DNA of 64,000 nucleotides, taken from NCBI GenBank assembly GCA_011620315.1, contig WOZO01000063.1, positions 7,968 through 71,967 on the forward strand, read 5' to 3'. Shown here one piece after another: positions 18,154-28,009 of the stretch. Source of the DNA: Sideroxydans sp. (GTDB lineage: Bacteria; Pseudomonadota; Gammaproteobacteria; Burkholderiales; Gallionellaceae). A program made the translations under genes and the position numbers. The notes below the pieces were generated by a model. It worked only from the letters and a program-made list of their open reading frames with translations. It had not been told where the DNA came from and searched no databases. Position 1 is the first letter of the stretch; the number at the start of each line of letters is the position of its first letter.

Positions 18154-18975
18154 TTATGCTGTAACTGCCAAGATTATGTGCGACGCCTTGATCAACGCCG
18201 CGGCTTTGACCCCTTCCTTCAATCCCAGTGATTTGATGCTGTCGTTGGTGACGATGGCGGCCACGCTCTTGCCGCCCGCCAGCTCGATGATGACCTCGCC
18301 GTTCACCGCGCCTTCCTGACAACGCACCACCGTGCCGTGCAACTCGTTGCGCGCGCTGGTCTTGAAACCTTCCGAGGTGGTCACGATCACCCACGGCGCT
18401 TTCACCAGCGCATACGCCTCGCCACCCACCTTCAAACCAAGATGCTGCACGCTCTCGTTGGTGATCACCGCCGCCAGCGTGTCGCCGCTACCAATATCCA
18501 TCACCACTTCCGCGTTGATCTGTCCCAGCTTGATGCTCTTGATAGTGCCGAGGAACTGGTTACGCGCACTCGTCTTCATGTCGAATCTCCTGATTAGTTG
18601 GTAGTACTCATCGAAGTCGTCCATCACCTCGGCCAGCCGCTTGAGCACCTGCTCGCGCTCCTGCTCCAGCCGCCGATAGGCGCCCGCCACCCGGCGGCCG
18701 TAGGTGGTCAGCGTGGTGCCGCCGCCTTTAGCTCCGCCGGTCTTGCGCTCCACCAGGGGTTGCTCGGAAAGATTGTTGATGCTGTCCACCGCTTCCCACG
18801 CCGCCTTGTAGCTCATGCCCATGGCACTCGCCGCCGCCGAAATGGAGCCGGTCGCATCGATACGTTCCAGCAATTCCAGATGGTCCCAGCGCCGCCCGCG
18901 GGCGATCTTCAGTTTGGAGACAACGCTGCCGTCGGTCTGCTTCGCTGCTTTGCTTGCTGCTGCTGTCTGAGCCAT
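18154..18975 (-). CDS. modE: Molybdate-responsive regulator (wHTH + 2 TOBE)
   Basis: GSISAAASAMGMSYKAAWEAV, TGGAKGGGTTLT, KTSARNQF, TSARNEL. Confidence 0.93.
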   Translation of the reverse strand: MAQTAAASKAAKQTDGSVVSKLKIARGRRWDHLELLERIDATGSISAAASAMGMSYKAAWEAVDSINNLSEQPLVERKTGGAKGGGTTLTTYGRRVAGAYRRLEQEREQVLKRLAEVMDDFDEYYQLIRRFDMKTSARNQFLGTIKSIKLGQINAEVVMDIGSGDTLAAVITNESVQHLGLKVGGEAYALVKAPWVIVTTSEGFKTSARNELHGTVVRCQEGAVNGEVIIELAGGKSVAAIVTNDSIKSLGLKEGVKAAALIKASHIILAVTA

Positions 18976-19107
18976 GTTGTCCTCACTCGTAATCGAAAAT
19001 CTCGCCTAGCGACTCGTTCGCCCTTTCTCCCGCTTGCGGGAGAAAGTTGGAAAGGGGGAAGCGGGCATGGCAAGCCTCAAAATCATCCGTTTCACATGTG
19101 CCATGCC

Positions 19108-19131
19108 CGTTATCGCTTGCGCCACCTAACG
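19108..19131. promoter_or_regulatory. ModE box (imperfect) at the modE transcription start
   Basis: CGTTATCG-N8-ACCTAACG. Confidence 0.6.
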
Positions 19132-19134
19132 TCA

Positions 19135-19150
19135 TGCAAGAGCGATGCCA
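19135..19150 (-). promoter_or_regulatory. sigma54 promoter of modEABC
   Basis: Minus strand TGGCAT-CGCTC-TTGCA. Confidence 0.8.
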
Positions 19151-19237
19151 GCCTGCCATCGCGCCGCATAACCCCATCCCGTACGGGGTTCCCTCATATC
19201 GACCTGCCACCTGCACAGCGTTATGTCGGGCTTCAGC

Positions 19238-19253
19238 TGTAGGCTTTTGCACA
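19238..19253. promoter_or_regulatory. NifA UAS between two divergent sigma54 promoters
   Basis: TGT-AGGCTTTTGC-ACA. Confidence 0.75.
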
Positions 19254-19265
19254 ATTTGGCGCGTT

Positions 19266-19289
19266 CGTTACAACCCAAATTACATAACG
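19266..19289. promoter_or_regulatory. ModE box
   Basis: CGTTACAA-N8-ACATAACG. Confidence 0.65.
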
Positions 19290-19338
19290 CTACCCAGCCT
19301 TATCCCTCAATCCCACGCACAACAGCCTTCAATGTGAT

Positions 19339-19354
19339 TGGCACGCCACTTGCT
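19339..19354 (+). promoter_or_regulatory. sigma54 promoter divergent from modE
   Basis: TGGCAC-GCCAC-TTGCT. Confidence 0.85.
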
Positions 19355-19366
19355 AAAACGCTGTTG

Positions 19367-19390
19367 CGTTATGTCGCAATTTACATAACG
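19367..19390. promoter_or_regulatory. ModE box (perfect palindrome)
   Basis: CGTTATGT-N8-ACATAACG. Confidence 0.8.
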
Positions 19391-19418
19391 AAATCCAATC
19401 ACACAACAGGAGTATGAA

Positions 19419-19559
19419 ATGAACGCAAAACGCTGCCCCCCCCCTGACGGTCGCCACCCGGCCATGGCCGACAACGGCAACATCACTATCTACGGCAGCG
19501 CGCTGCCGGGCCGTTACGACACGCCGTACAAAATCATCACGCGCAAGCTGGACAACTAA
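19419..19559 (+). pseudogene. Internally deleted Gram-negative porin remnant
   Basis: RBS ACAGGAG; MNAKR...PAMA|DNGNITIYG joined to GRYDTPYKIITRKLD, both resembling betaproteobacterial porin motifs. Confidence 0.55.
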
Positions 19560-19610
19560 CGTGTCAGTCCCATGGGTTCGATGAACCCAGATTGTCCGTT
19601 AGAAAAATCA

Positions 19611-19695
19611 CGTCATTCCGGCGCAGGCCGGAATCATGGCGTTGTCCGCTGCGCGGCGTATTTTTCATCGCCGGATACCGGCCTGACCGGAGGTC
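19611..19695. repeat. REP doublet (GTCATTCCGGCGCAGGCCGGAATC variant), degenerate
   Basis: cgtcattccggcgcaggccggaatc ... ggataccggcctgaccgga. Confidence 0.65.
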
Positions 19696-19909
19696 AGTCT
19701 GTCCTGAGTTGATCGAAGGGCCGGTATGACGGCCTAATGGACGATCCGGGATGAAGGCAGGATTTCGCCGGGCTATTCCCTGAATATCAGGCGGTAATTT
19801 GCGGCGTTCTAAATAATGACTTGGCAGTGCAAATCCCCCCCCCCGCATTAGCATCGTCAATCGCTACTGTTTTTGAGTAAGGCGATGTATTAGAAGCATT
19901 CCTTCAGCA

Positions 19910-22627
19910 TCACCAGGTCAGCCAACGCCGCACAAAGCGATTGTCGCGGCGGATCAGCCATCTTCTCCACTCGTCGCCCAGCAGAATCACAGCGGCGAAC
20001 GGCAAGACCAGCGACACCTCGAACCAGCCTATTGGCGCGGTGCCGAAGAAGGGTTGCAGGTAGGGCGCGCGCGAGATCGCGGCCACCAGTCCCAGCTCCG
20101 CCGCGATGCCCACCCAAATCAGTTTGTTGCGGAAGATGCCGGCGGACAGCATGCTTTCGCGGCGCGTGCGGCAGATCAGCACATTGGGTATCTGGCAGAT
20201 CACCACCGCCGCGAAGAATGCCGTGACGGCGGTGCGGTACAGCAGGCTGTCCGTCGGCAATTCCGCGCCCCATGTCCAGTCGCCCCGATGCAGCACTACA
20301 AAAAATACAAAGAACCCGGCGGCCGCCTGGATCATGCCGACGATGCCGTAGCTCCTGCCCAGCAGCGGCCAGGTGAGCAGTCTTTCGTCGCGGCGGCGCG
20401 GCGGCTGTTTCATCACATCATGCTCCGGCAGCTCGCGTCCCAATCCCAGCGCGGGCAGCAGGTCGGTGCCCAGGTCGATACTGAGGATCAGCACCACGGT
20501 CAACGCCAGCGGCGCGTCGATGGCGACAAAGGCGATGAAGGGCAATATCTCGGGCACGTTGCTGGTGAGGATGTAGGCGATGAACTTCTTGATGTTGGAG
20601 AAGACGGTGCGGCCTTCTTCGATGGCGTGCACGATGGTGGCGAAGTTGTCGTCCATCAGCACCATGTCTGCCGCTTCCTTCGCCACCTCGGTGCCGGATA
20701 GTCCCATCGCCACGCCCATGTCGGCGTTCTTCAGCGCGGGCGCGTCGTTCACGCCGTCGCCGGTGACGGTGACGATCTCGCCCTTCTTCTGCAGCGCTTT
20801 GACGATCTGCAGCTTCTGCAACGGCGTGGTGCGCGCGAACACCAGTTCGCGGCTATCCAGCAAGTCGGACAGTTCTTCCTTGCTCATCGTCTGCAACTGC
20901 TCGCCCACGACCACCCGCCCGTCGCCGGTGAACAGGCCGACCTGGCGGGCGATGGATTCGGCGGTGGTGTGGTAGTCGCCGGTGATCATGAACACGCGGA
21001 TTCCCGCGCTGCGACATTTGTCCACCGCATCGGCGATCTCGGGGCGCGGCGGATCGAGCATGCCGACCAGCCCCAGATAGATGAAGCCGTCTTCGCTGGC
21101 TGCCTCGGCATCGGTGGTCTTGTAAGCCAGCGCCAGCACGCGTTCGCCGCGCGCGGCCAGCACTTCGTACAACTCCATAGCTTTGCTGTGCGCTTCCTCG
21201 TCGAACGCGACCTGCTCGCCCCGCTGCATACGATGCGTGCATTTTTTGAGAACGATCTCCGGCGCACCTTTCATGTAGGCGATGTTGGGCTGGCCCGCCG
21301 CGCCCTGGTGCGTGGTGATCATGCGCTTGGTGGCGGAATCGAACGGGCTTTCGTGCAGACGCGGGAAACGTTCCGCCAGATCGCCTATTGCGTGCAGACG
21401 CTGCGCCAGCACCAGCAGCGCGCCCTCGGTGGGGTCGCCGAGGTAATGATGGTCGGTGAGGCGCGCGTTGTTGCACAACACCATGGCCGTCCATGCATCG
21501 CTGAAGCCTTCCGCCTGCGCCAGCCCGCTCTGGTAGGCAGACCACACGCGCAGTCCCAGCACCAGCGTGGCGACCCGCATCTGGTTCTGCGTGATGGTGC
21601 CGGTCTTGTCGGTGCAGATCACGGTGGTCGAGCCCAGTGTCTCCACCGCTTCCAGATTCTTGATCAGCGCGTTCTTCTTCGCCATGCGTTTGGAGGCCAT
21701 GGTCAGCGCCAGCGTTACCGTGGGCAGCAAGCCTTCCGGCACGTTGGCGACGATGATGCCGATGGCGAAGATCAGGCTGTCGGTGAAGGGATTGCCGAGC
21801 AGCACACTGAGCGCGAAGAACAGCAGACCGAGCGCGATGGCGATGGCGGAAATGACGCGGATAAAATGGCGCAGCTCTTTGCGGATCGGCGTGTCCACCG
21901 TGTCCGCCTCTTTGGTGAGCTGCACGATGCGGCCGATCTGCGTGTTCATGCCGGTGCCATACACCAGCGCGCGACCGTTGCCGCTTTGCACCAGCGTGCC
22001 GGAGAACACCATGTTGCGGCTCTCCAGCAGATTGTCGTGGGTACAGGCCAGCTTGCGCAACTGCGGTTCGCTCTCGCCGGTCAGCGAAGAATGGTCGACC
22101 TTGAGCCGGTTCACTTCCAGCAAGCGCCCGTCGGCCGGCACGCGGTCGCCTTCTTGCAGCAGGATCACATCGCCCGGCACCACCAACCGCGCTTCGATAC
22201 GCGCGACCTGCCCGTCGCGCCGGACCGTGATCATCTGCGGCAGCATGTTGCGGAAGCTCTCCATGATGCGTTCACTCTCGCGCTCCTGCACGTAGGTGAA
22301 CAGCGCGTTGAGCAGCACCACTGCCAGCAGCGCGACGCCGATGTAGAAGTTGCCTTCGCCCGGTCGGAGGTAATCGGCAAAGAACGCCAGCGAGGAACCG
22401 GCAATGAGCAGCAGCGCAAAGAAGTTGGTGAACTGGCGCAGGAATTTGACGAACTCCGGCGTCTCCTTGCGCACGCGCAATTCGTTGCCGCCGAACTCGG
22501 CCAGACGGCGCGCCGCCTCGGCCGCGCTCAGCCCTTCCCCGCTGCAATGCAGGCGCTGCTGCAAGGCCTCCAGCGGGATGCGATGCTGGTCGGCGGGCAC
22601 TGCCTTTGCATCAGTATGGTTCATCAC
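19910..22627 (-). CDS. Type II cation-transporting P-type ATPase (Na/K-ATPase-like motifs)
   Basis: TGES, IIVANVPEGLL, ICTDKTGT, MITGDY, TGDGVNDAPALK, ILSIDLGTD. Confidence 0.93.
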   Translation of the reverse strand: MMNHTDAKAVPADQHRIPLEALQQRLHCSGEGLSAAEAARRLAEFGGNELRVRKETPEFVKFLRQFTNFFALLLIAGSSLAFFADYLRPGEGNFYIGVALLAVVLLNALFTYVQERESERIMESFRNMLPQMITVRRDGQVARIEARLVVPGDVILLQEGDRVPADGRLLEVNRLKVDHSSLTGESEPQLRKLACTHDNLLESRNMVFSGTLVQSGNGRALVYGTGMNTQIGRIVQLTKEADTVDTPIRKELRHFIRVISAIAIALGLLFFALSVLLGNPFTDSLIFAIGIIVANVPEGLLPTVTLALTMASKRMAKKNALIKNLEAVETLGSTTVICTDKTGTITQNQMRVATLVLGLRVWSAYQSGLAQAEGFSDAWTAMVLCNNARLTDHHYLGDPTEGALLVLAQRLHAIGDLAERFPRLHESPFDSATKRMITTHQGAAGQPNIAYMKGAPEIVLKKCTHRMQRGEQVAFDEEAHSKAMELYEVLAARGERVLALAYKTTDAEAASEDGFIYLGLVGMLDPPRPEIADAVDKCRSAGIRVFMITGDYHTTAESIARQVGLFTGDGRVVVGEQLQTMSKEELSDLLDSRELVFARTTPLQKLQIVKALQKKGEIVTVTGDGVNDAPALKNADMGVAMGLSGTEVAKEAADMVLMDDNFATIVHAIEEGRTVFSNIKKFIAYILTSNVPEILPFIAFVAIDAPLALTVVLILSIDLGTDLLPALGLGRELPEHDVMKQPPRRRDERLLTWPLLGRSYGIVGMIQAAAGFFVFFVVLHRGDWTWGAELPTDSLLYRTAVTAFFAAVVICQIPNVLICRTRRESMLSAGIFRNKLIWVGIAAELGLVAAISRAPYLQPFFGTAPIGWFEVSLVLPFAAVILLGDEWRRWLIRRDNRFVRRWLTW

Positions 22628-22759
22628 GCCCCTTCCAGTCGGGTCGAGGCTGCGCCAGCCGCCCGCAACCGATGGCCCACTGTACTACACGGGAAGGAAG
22701 ATGGAACCGCAAGCGCCGAGCGCATGGTCAAAGCGCGCCGACTCCGCTACATTCCGCGC

Positions 22760-23089
22760 ATGAAATCGCGCCGCAAACATTACCACGTCTATGTCATCGA
22801 ACTGTCGAAGGACGTGCTGTACGAAGCCAAGTTCAAGAAGTGCAACCCGTACTACCGCCCCGGCATGCCCTGCGTCTACGTCGGCATGACCGGACTCGAC
22901 CCCGACATCCGCTTCGACAAACACAAGGCCGACATCCAGTCCAACCGCTATGCAAAGCAGTACGGCCTGCGTCTGCTGCCCGACCTGTACGAAGCCTTCA
23001 ACCCGATGAGTTACGACGACGCCTGCGACAAGGAAGTCGAGGTCGGCATCGACCTGCGCAGTGCGGGGTTCGGGGTGTGGCAGGCTTGA
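22760..23089 (+). CDS. Small GIY-YIG-like protein
   Basis: HVYVIEL...CVYVGMTG...RFDKHK...E; 109 aa from ATG 22760. Confidence 0.7.
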   Translation: MKSRRKHYHVYVIELSKDVLYEAKFKKCNPYYRPGMPCVYVGMTGLDPDIRFDKHKADIQSNRYAKQYGLRLLPDLYEAFNPMSYDDACDKEVEVGIDLRSAGFGVWQA

Positions 23090-23098
23090 GTCGCGGCC

Positions 23099-23281
23099 TC
23101 AGAAGTTAGCGATCACCAGCGCCTGGCCGCCCAGCAACAGGAAATAGCCCGCGCCCCAGCTTATGCTTTCCGTCAGCGCGTGCGCCATGCTCTGCCTTGC
23201 ATCCTTGCTCAGCAGGATGCCGACTATCATGACCGCAGCACCGGCCAACGCCAAAGTCATCATCGAAAAGAGTTCATCCAT
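23099..23281 (-). CDS. 60-aa membrane protein, paralog A
   Basis: RBS GGAGG; MDELFSMMTLALAGAAVMIVGILL...TESISWGAGYF; paralog at 27373. Confidence 0.65.
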   Translation of the reverse strand: MDELFSMMTLALAGAAVMIVGILLSKDARQSMAHALTESISWGAGYFLLLGGQALVIANF

Positions 23282-23430
23282 CTCATACCCTCCGTCGTTC
23301 GTTGCGCGCGGCATGTCCACCACCGCCGACCCCTGTAAACTAGCGCCAAGTTGTTGCAACTGCGTGATGCGTGCATGACATTCGCGCGACACCCCATGAC
23401 GCGTCCTGCCGACAACCCGACATCCATTAG

Positions 23431-24899
<1,469 letters not shown>

Positions 24900-25015
24900 A
24901 CATCGGGCGCGGACGGTATTGCACACGTCCGAGAATTGCCTACCCTGCCTCGCAGGGGGAGGGGCAAGCCCCTCCTCCCGCATCCAATCCCGCAGCATCG
25001 CAAAGGAGAAACACC

Positions 25016-25283
25016 ATGATCCTCGGCCTGCGCACCGCCATTTACCCCGCTCCCGTTCTGGACGCCGCCAAGCGCGCAACCCGCGACCGCCGCGCCGCGG
25101 CCATTGCGGGGTGCGACCGACATCGAAGCGGAATACGCGCGCCTGCTGGGACTGGGCGCGACCGCGCTGGAGCCGGTGGTCGAGGTCGGCGAGGGCATCA
25201 AGGTGGCTGCGGTGCAGGATCTGTTCGGCAACCGCTTCGGCCTGGTCCAGAATCCCTATTTCGTTCCGCAGACCTTGCGCTGA
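25016..25283 (+). pseudogene. VOC/glyoxalase-family gene with internal deletion and frameshift
   Basis: RBS AAGGAG; MILGLRTAIYPAPVLDAAK in one frame, DIEAEYARLLGLGA..LEPVVEVGEGIKVAAVQDLFGNRFGLVQNP in another. Confidence 0.75.
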
Positions 25284-25305
25284 ATCTCCGACGCGGGAAC
25301 AGGCC

Positions 25306-26526
25306 ATGACTGTCCATCACGATCACTCGATGCTCTCCCTGCTGCGACGGGTGCTGCCGCTGGCAGTGGTGCTCATCGGCAACCCGTCACAGGCCTGCAC
25401 CCAGCCGCTGACATATGAACAGCAAACCTTGCTGGTGGATGGCGAACGCCGCGTCGCGCGCGTGCCCAAGGGTTACCTGCTGGAACGGCTGGCCGCCATG
25501 GACGGGCCGCGCATGCTGACCTTCGCCGCCAACGGCGACCTGTACGCAGGTTCGCGCGCGGGCAAGGTGTATCGCCTGCCGCCGCCATACACGCTGGCGG
25601 AAGTGTTGGTCGACAGCGGCGACTATCCGCACAGTGTGGCGTTCCGGCCGGGCGAGATTTTGATCGCGAAGACGGACGGCGTGTATCACGCACTCTACCG
25701 CGCCGGGCAGACGCGCCTCGATCCGCAGGCCCTGCGATTGCTGGCCGCACTGCCCGGAGGCGGCGGGCACAACAGCCGCACCGTGGGCGTGGGACCGGAC
25801 GGGCGCGTGTATGTGAGCCTCGGCATCCAGCGCAACTGCAGCGACCAATACCTGGGCGCGGGTTACGATTTCGACAAGCGGCGCGGCGGCGTGCTGGTGC
25901 TGCACGAAAGCGGCGGCCAGGCAACGTGGCAGAGCTACGCCTCGGGGCTGCGCAACCCGGTCGGCTTCGACTGGCATCCGAAGAGCGGCGCGCTCTACGC
26001 GAACAACAACGGGCCGGATCATCTCGGCTTCGGGCAACCGCCGGAATATTTCAGCCGGCTCGATGCCGATTCCTTCCACGGCATGCCGTGGTTCCAGTTC
26101 GACGGCAAACAGATGCAGCGTGACGATTGCGTGTCGAGTCCGCCGCCGCGCCCCATCGCCGAAGTGACACTGCCGGTCGCCACCTTCCCCTCGCGCAACG
26201 CGCCGCTGGGCATGGCTTTCGTTCCCAAGGGCGCGCTCGATGCGCGGCTTGAATTCGATGCAGTGGTGGCGTTGCACGGCTCGTGGGGCAAACAGCCAAG
26301 CGGCGGTTTCTTCGGGCCGAACGCCACGCGCCGCCCGCCCGCGCTGGCGGCGGTGCGCTTCGACGGTGACAAGGCGGTGCGTGTGGACGAGCTGGTCAGT
26401 GGCTTCCAGTTGCCGGACGGCGAGCGCTGGGCACGACCGGCCGGAGTCGCGTTCGGGCCGGATGGCGCGCTGTATTTCAGCAGCGACAGCGAAGCCAACG
26501 GCCTGTTCCGTCTGCGGCGGCGCTAG
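25306..26526 (+). CDS. PQQ-dependent glucose/sorbosone dehydrogenase-like beta-propeller
   Basis: GPRMLTF, GHNSRTVGVGPDGRVYVSLG, ASGLRNPVGFDWHP, APLGMAF, ALHGSW, RPAGVAFGPDGALYFSSD. Confidence 0.88.
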   Translation: MTVHHDHSMLSLLRRVLPLAVVLIGNPSQACTQPLTYEQQTLLVDGERRVARVPKGYLLERLAAMDGPRMLTFAANGDLYAGSRAGKVYRLPPPYTLAEVLVDSGDYPHSVAFRPGEILIAKTDGVYHALYRAGQTRLDPQALRLLAALPGGGGHNSRTVGVGPDGRVYVSLGIQRNCSDQYLGAGYDFDKRRGGVLVLHESGGQATWQSYASGLRNPVGFDWHPKSGALYANNNGPDHLGFGQPPEYFSRLDADSFHGMPWFQFDGKQMQRDDCVSSPPPRPIAEVTLPVATFPSRNAPLGMAFVPKGALDARLEFDAVVALHGSWGKQPSGGFFGPNATRRPPALAAVRFDGDKAVRVDELVSGFQLPDGERWARPAGVAFGPDGALYFSSDSEANGLFRLRRR

Positions 26527-26617
26527 CGCGCCTGCGGAATCTGAGCATTCCCGTCACGGTGAATCAGTTAGACTGCGGCAACGATGCATCCCGCGATGCA
26601 TGCCACCGAAAGTCCGC

Positions 26618-27319
26618 ATGAACTCTGCAGCAACCCGGTCTTCCGATGCGCCACGCATCGACCAGGACAACCACTTGTGGCTGGAATTCTGGCGCGATCA
26701 GCGCAGCGATTTCCACCAGTCCGCCGTCAACCCCCTCCTGACAAAATTCTGGCCCGCACTGGCTCTGGCGCAAGGCAGCCGTGTGTTCGTGCCGCTGTGC
26801 GGCAAAAGTCTGGACATGCTGTGGCTGGCGCAACAGGGACACGAGGTAATCGGGATCGAACTGAGTCCGGTGGCGGTCGCAGCGTTCTTCAGCGAGAACG
26901 ATTTGCAGCCGACGCAACAACAGGTCGGTGCATTCACTTTGTGGCGCGACGGCCCCATCAGCATCCTGTGCGGCGATTACTTCGCTCTGACAACGAACGA
27001 GCTGGGCATGATCGATACGGTCTATGACCGTTCAGCACTCACTGCTTTGCCGGAGGAGATACGCGGACTCTATGTCGCGCAATTAAATCGTCTTATCTCG
27101 GATACTGCCGTGGTGTTTCTGCTGACAGTGGAAGATGCCGCCGAGGACGCGACGATGCAGCAGGCGACCGGCGTGGATAAAGAGATCGCCAGCTTGTACG
27201 CGCGCGATTTCGATATCGCCCTGACTTATGTCGAGAGCGTGTTCGAGGCCGATCCGGCATCGGCAGCGCTGCCCGACATACGCGCCGAGTACAAGGTGTA
27301 TCGGCTCACTTCAAGATAA
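26618..27319 (+). CDS. tpm: Thiopurine S-methyltransferase
   Basis: FHQ..VNPLL..FW, RVFVPLCGKSLDMLWLAQQGHEVIGIELS, YDRSALTALP. Confidence 0.9.
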   Translation: MNSAATRSSDAPRIDQDNHLWLEFWRDQRSDFHQSAVNPLLTKFWPALALAQGSRVFVPLCGKSLDMLWLAQQGHEVIGIELSPVAVAAFFSENDLQPTQQQVGAFTLWRDGPISILCGDYFALTTNELGMIDTVYDRSALTALPEEIRGLYVAQLNRLISDTAVVFLLTVEDAAEDATMQQATGVDKEIASLYARDFDIALTYVESVFEADPASAALPDIRAEYKVYRLTSR

Positions 27320-27327
27320 GCAACACT

Positions 27328-27357
27328 CGTCATCCCCGCGCAGGCGGGAATGACGAA
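27328..27357. repeat. Collapsed REP (single palindrome)
   Basis: cgtcatccccgcgcaggcgggaatgacg. Confidence 0.7.
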
Positions 27358-27372
27358 TTAATCAGTGCATCC

Positions 27373-27555
27373 TCAGAAAAACGAGATCAGCGCCGCATGG
27401 CTGGTGAAGGTCACGAAGAATCCCGAACCCCAGCTCACGGCTTCAGTCATGCTGCCGTCCAGACTGCGTGCTTCGTTCCTGTTGAGACGGATGCCCGCCA
27501 TCAGAATCACCGTGCCCGCCACGATCATCGCCATCATTATCAGAAATTCGTTCAT
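27373..27555 (-). CDS. 60-aa membrane protein, paralog B
   Basis: RBS GGAGG; MNEFLIMMAMIVAGTVILMAGIRL...TEAVSWGSGFF. Confidence 0.65.
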   Translation of the reverse strand: MNEFLIMMAMIVAGTVILMAGIRLNRNEARSLDGSMTEAVSWGSGFFVTFTSHAALISFF

Positions 27556-27658
27556 CTCATCACCTCCGTCGGTTTAGTTACATATCTGCTGTTGATAAGC
27601 AATCGGCGCTATCGACCCGATTGCTGTTGCAATATTTCAATGCAACATCCGTGCCCGC

Positions 27659-28009
27659 TCACATCACCATCAAGAACAATTTCGGCTGCGTGCGTTTGTA
27701 GTCGTACAGATGGTGCAAGGTCATCGGCGTCAGTTCCTTGATCGCCACCCATATCTGCAGCGGATGCTGCTCGGGCTTGGCGAGCGCGATCCTGACGGCA
27801 TGCCAGGCCACCCAGTCGATCTGCGGCAGTCGCGCGCATGCCGCAGGCGGCAGGTTGGCGGCGGACTTGGCCAGATTACCCAGCGTCATCAGCGTCTGCG
27901 CACGCGTGATGCGGCTGTCGAAGAATTCGCGCTCGCTGCTTTCTTCGGTGAGCGTGATGATGTTCAGGGCGAGCTGTTCCATCAGCCCGAGTAGTGCGCC
28001 GGTCAGCAT
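27659..28009 (-). CDS. DUF86/HepT-like (HEPN) protein lacking the R-X4-H motif
   Basis: NLAKSAANLP...RLPQIDW.AW...LQIWVAIKE aligns by eye with DUF86; overlaps the upstream oxidoreductase stop. Confidence 0.6.
   Translation of the reverse strand: MLTGALLGLMEQLALNIITLTEESSEREFFDSRITRAQTLMTLGNLAKSAANLPPAACARLPQIDWVAWHAVRIALAKPEQHPLQIWVAIKELTPMTLHHLYDYKRTQPKLFLMVM

Noticed and set aside
20969-23089. 706-aa plus-strand ORF
   Set aside because: Antisense shadow of the P-type ATPase; only the last 109 codons (from 22760) look like a real gene.
27599-27647. Two adjacent short inverted repeats downstream of the HEPN-like gene
   Set aside because: Could be a terminator or operator, but there is no U-tract or recognisable consensus.
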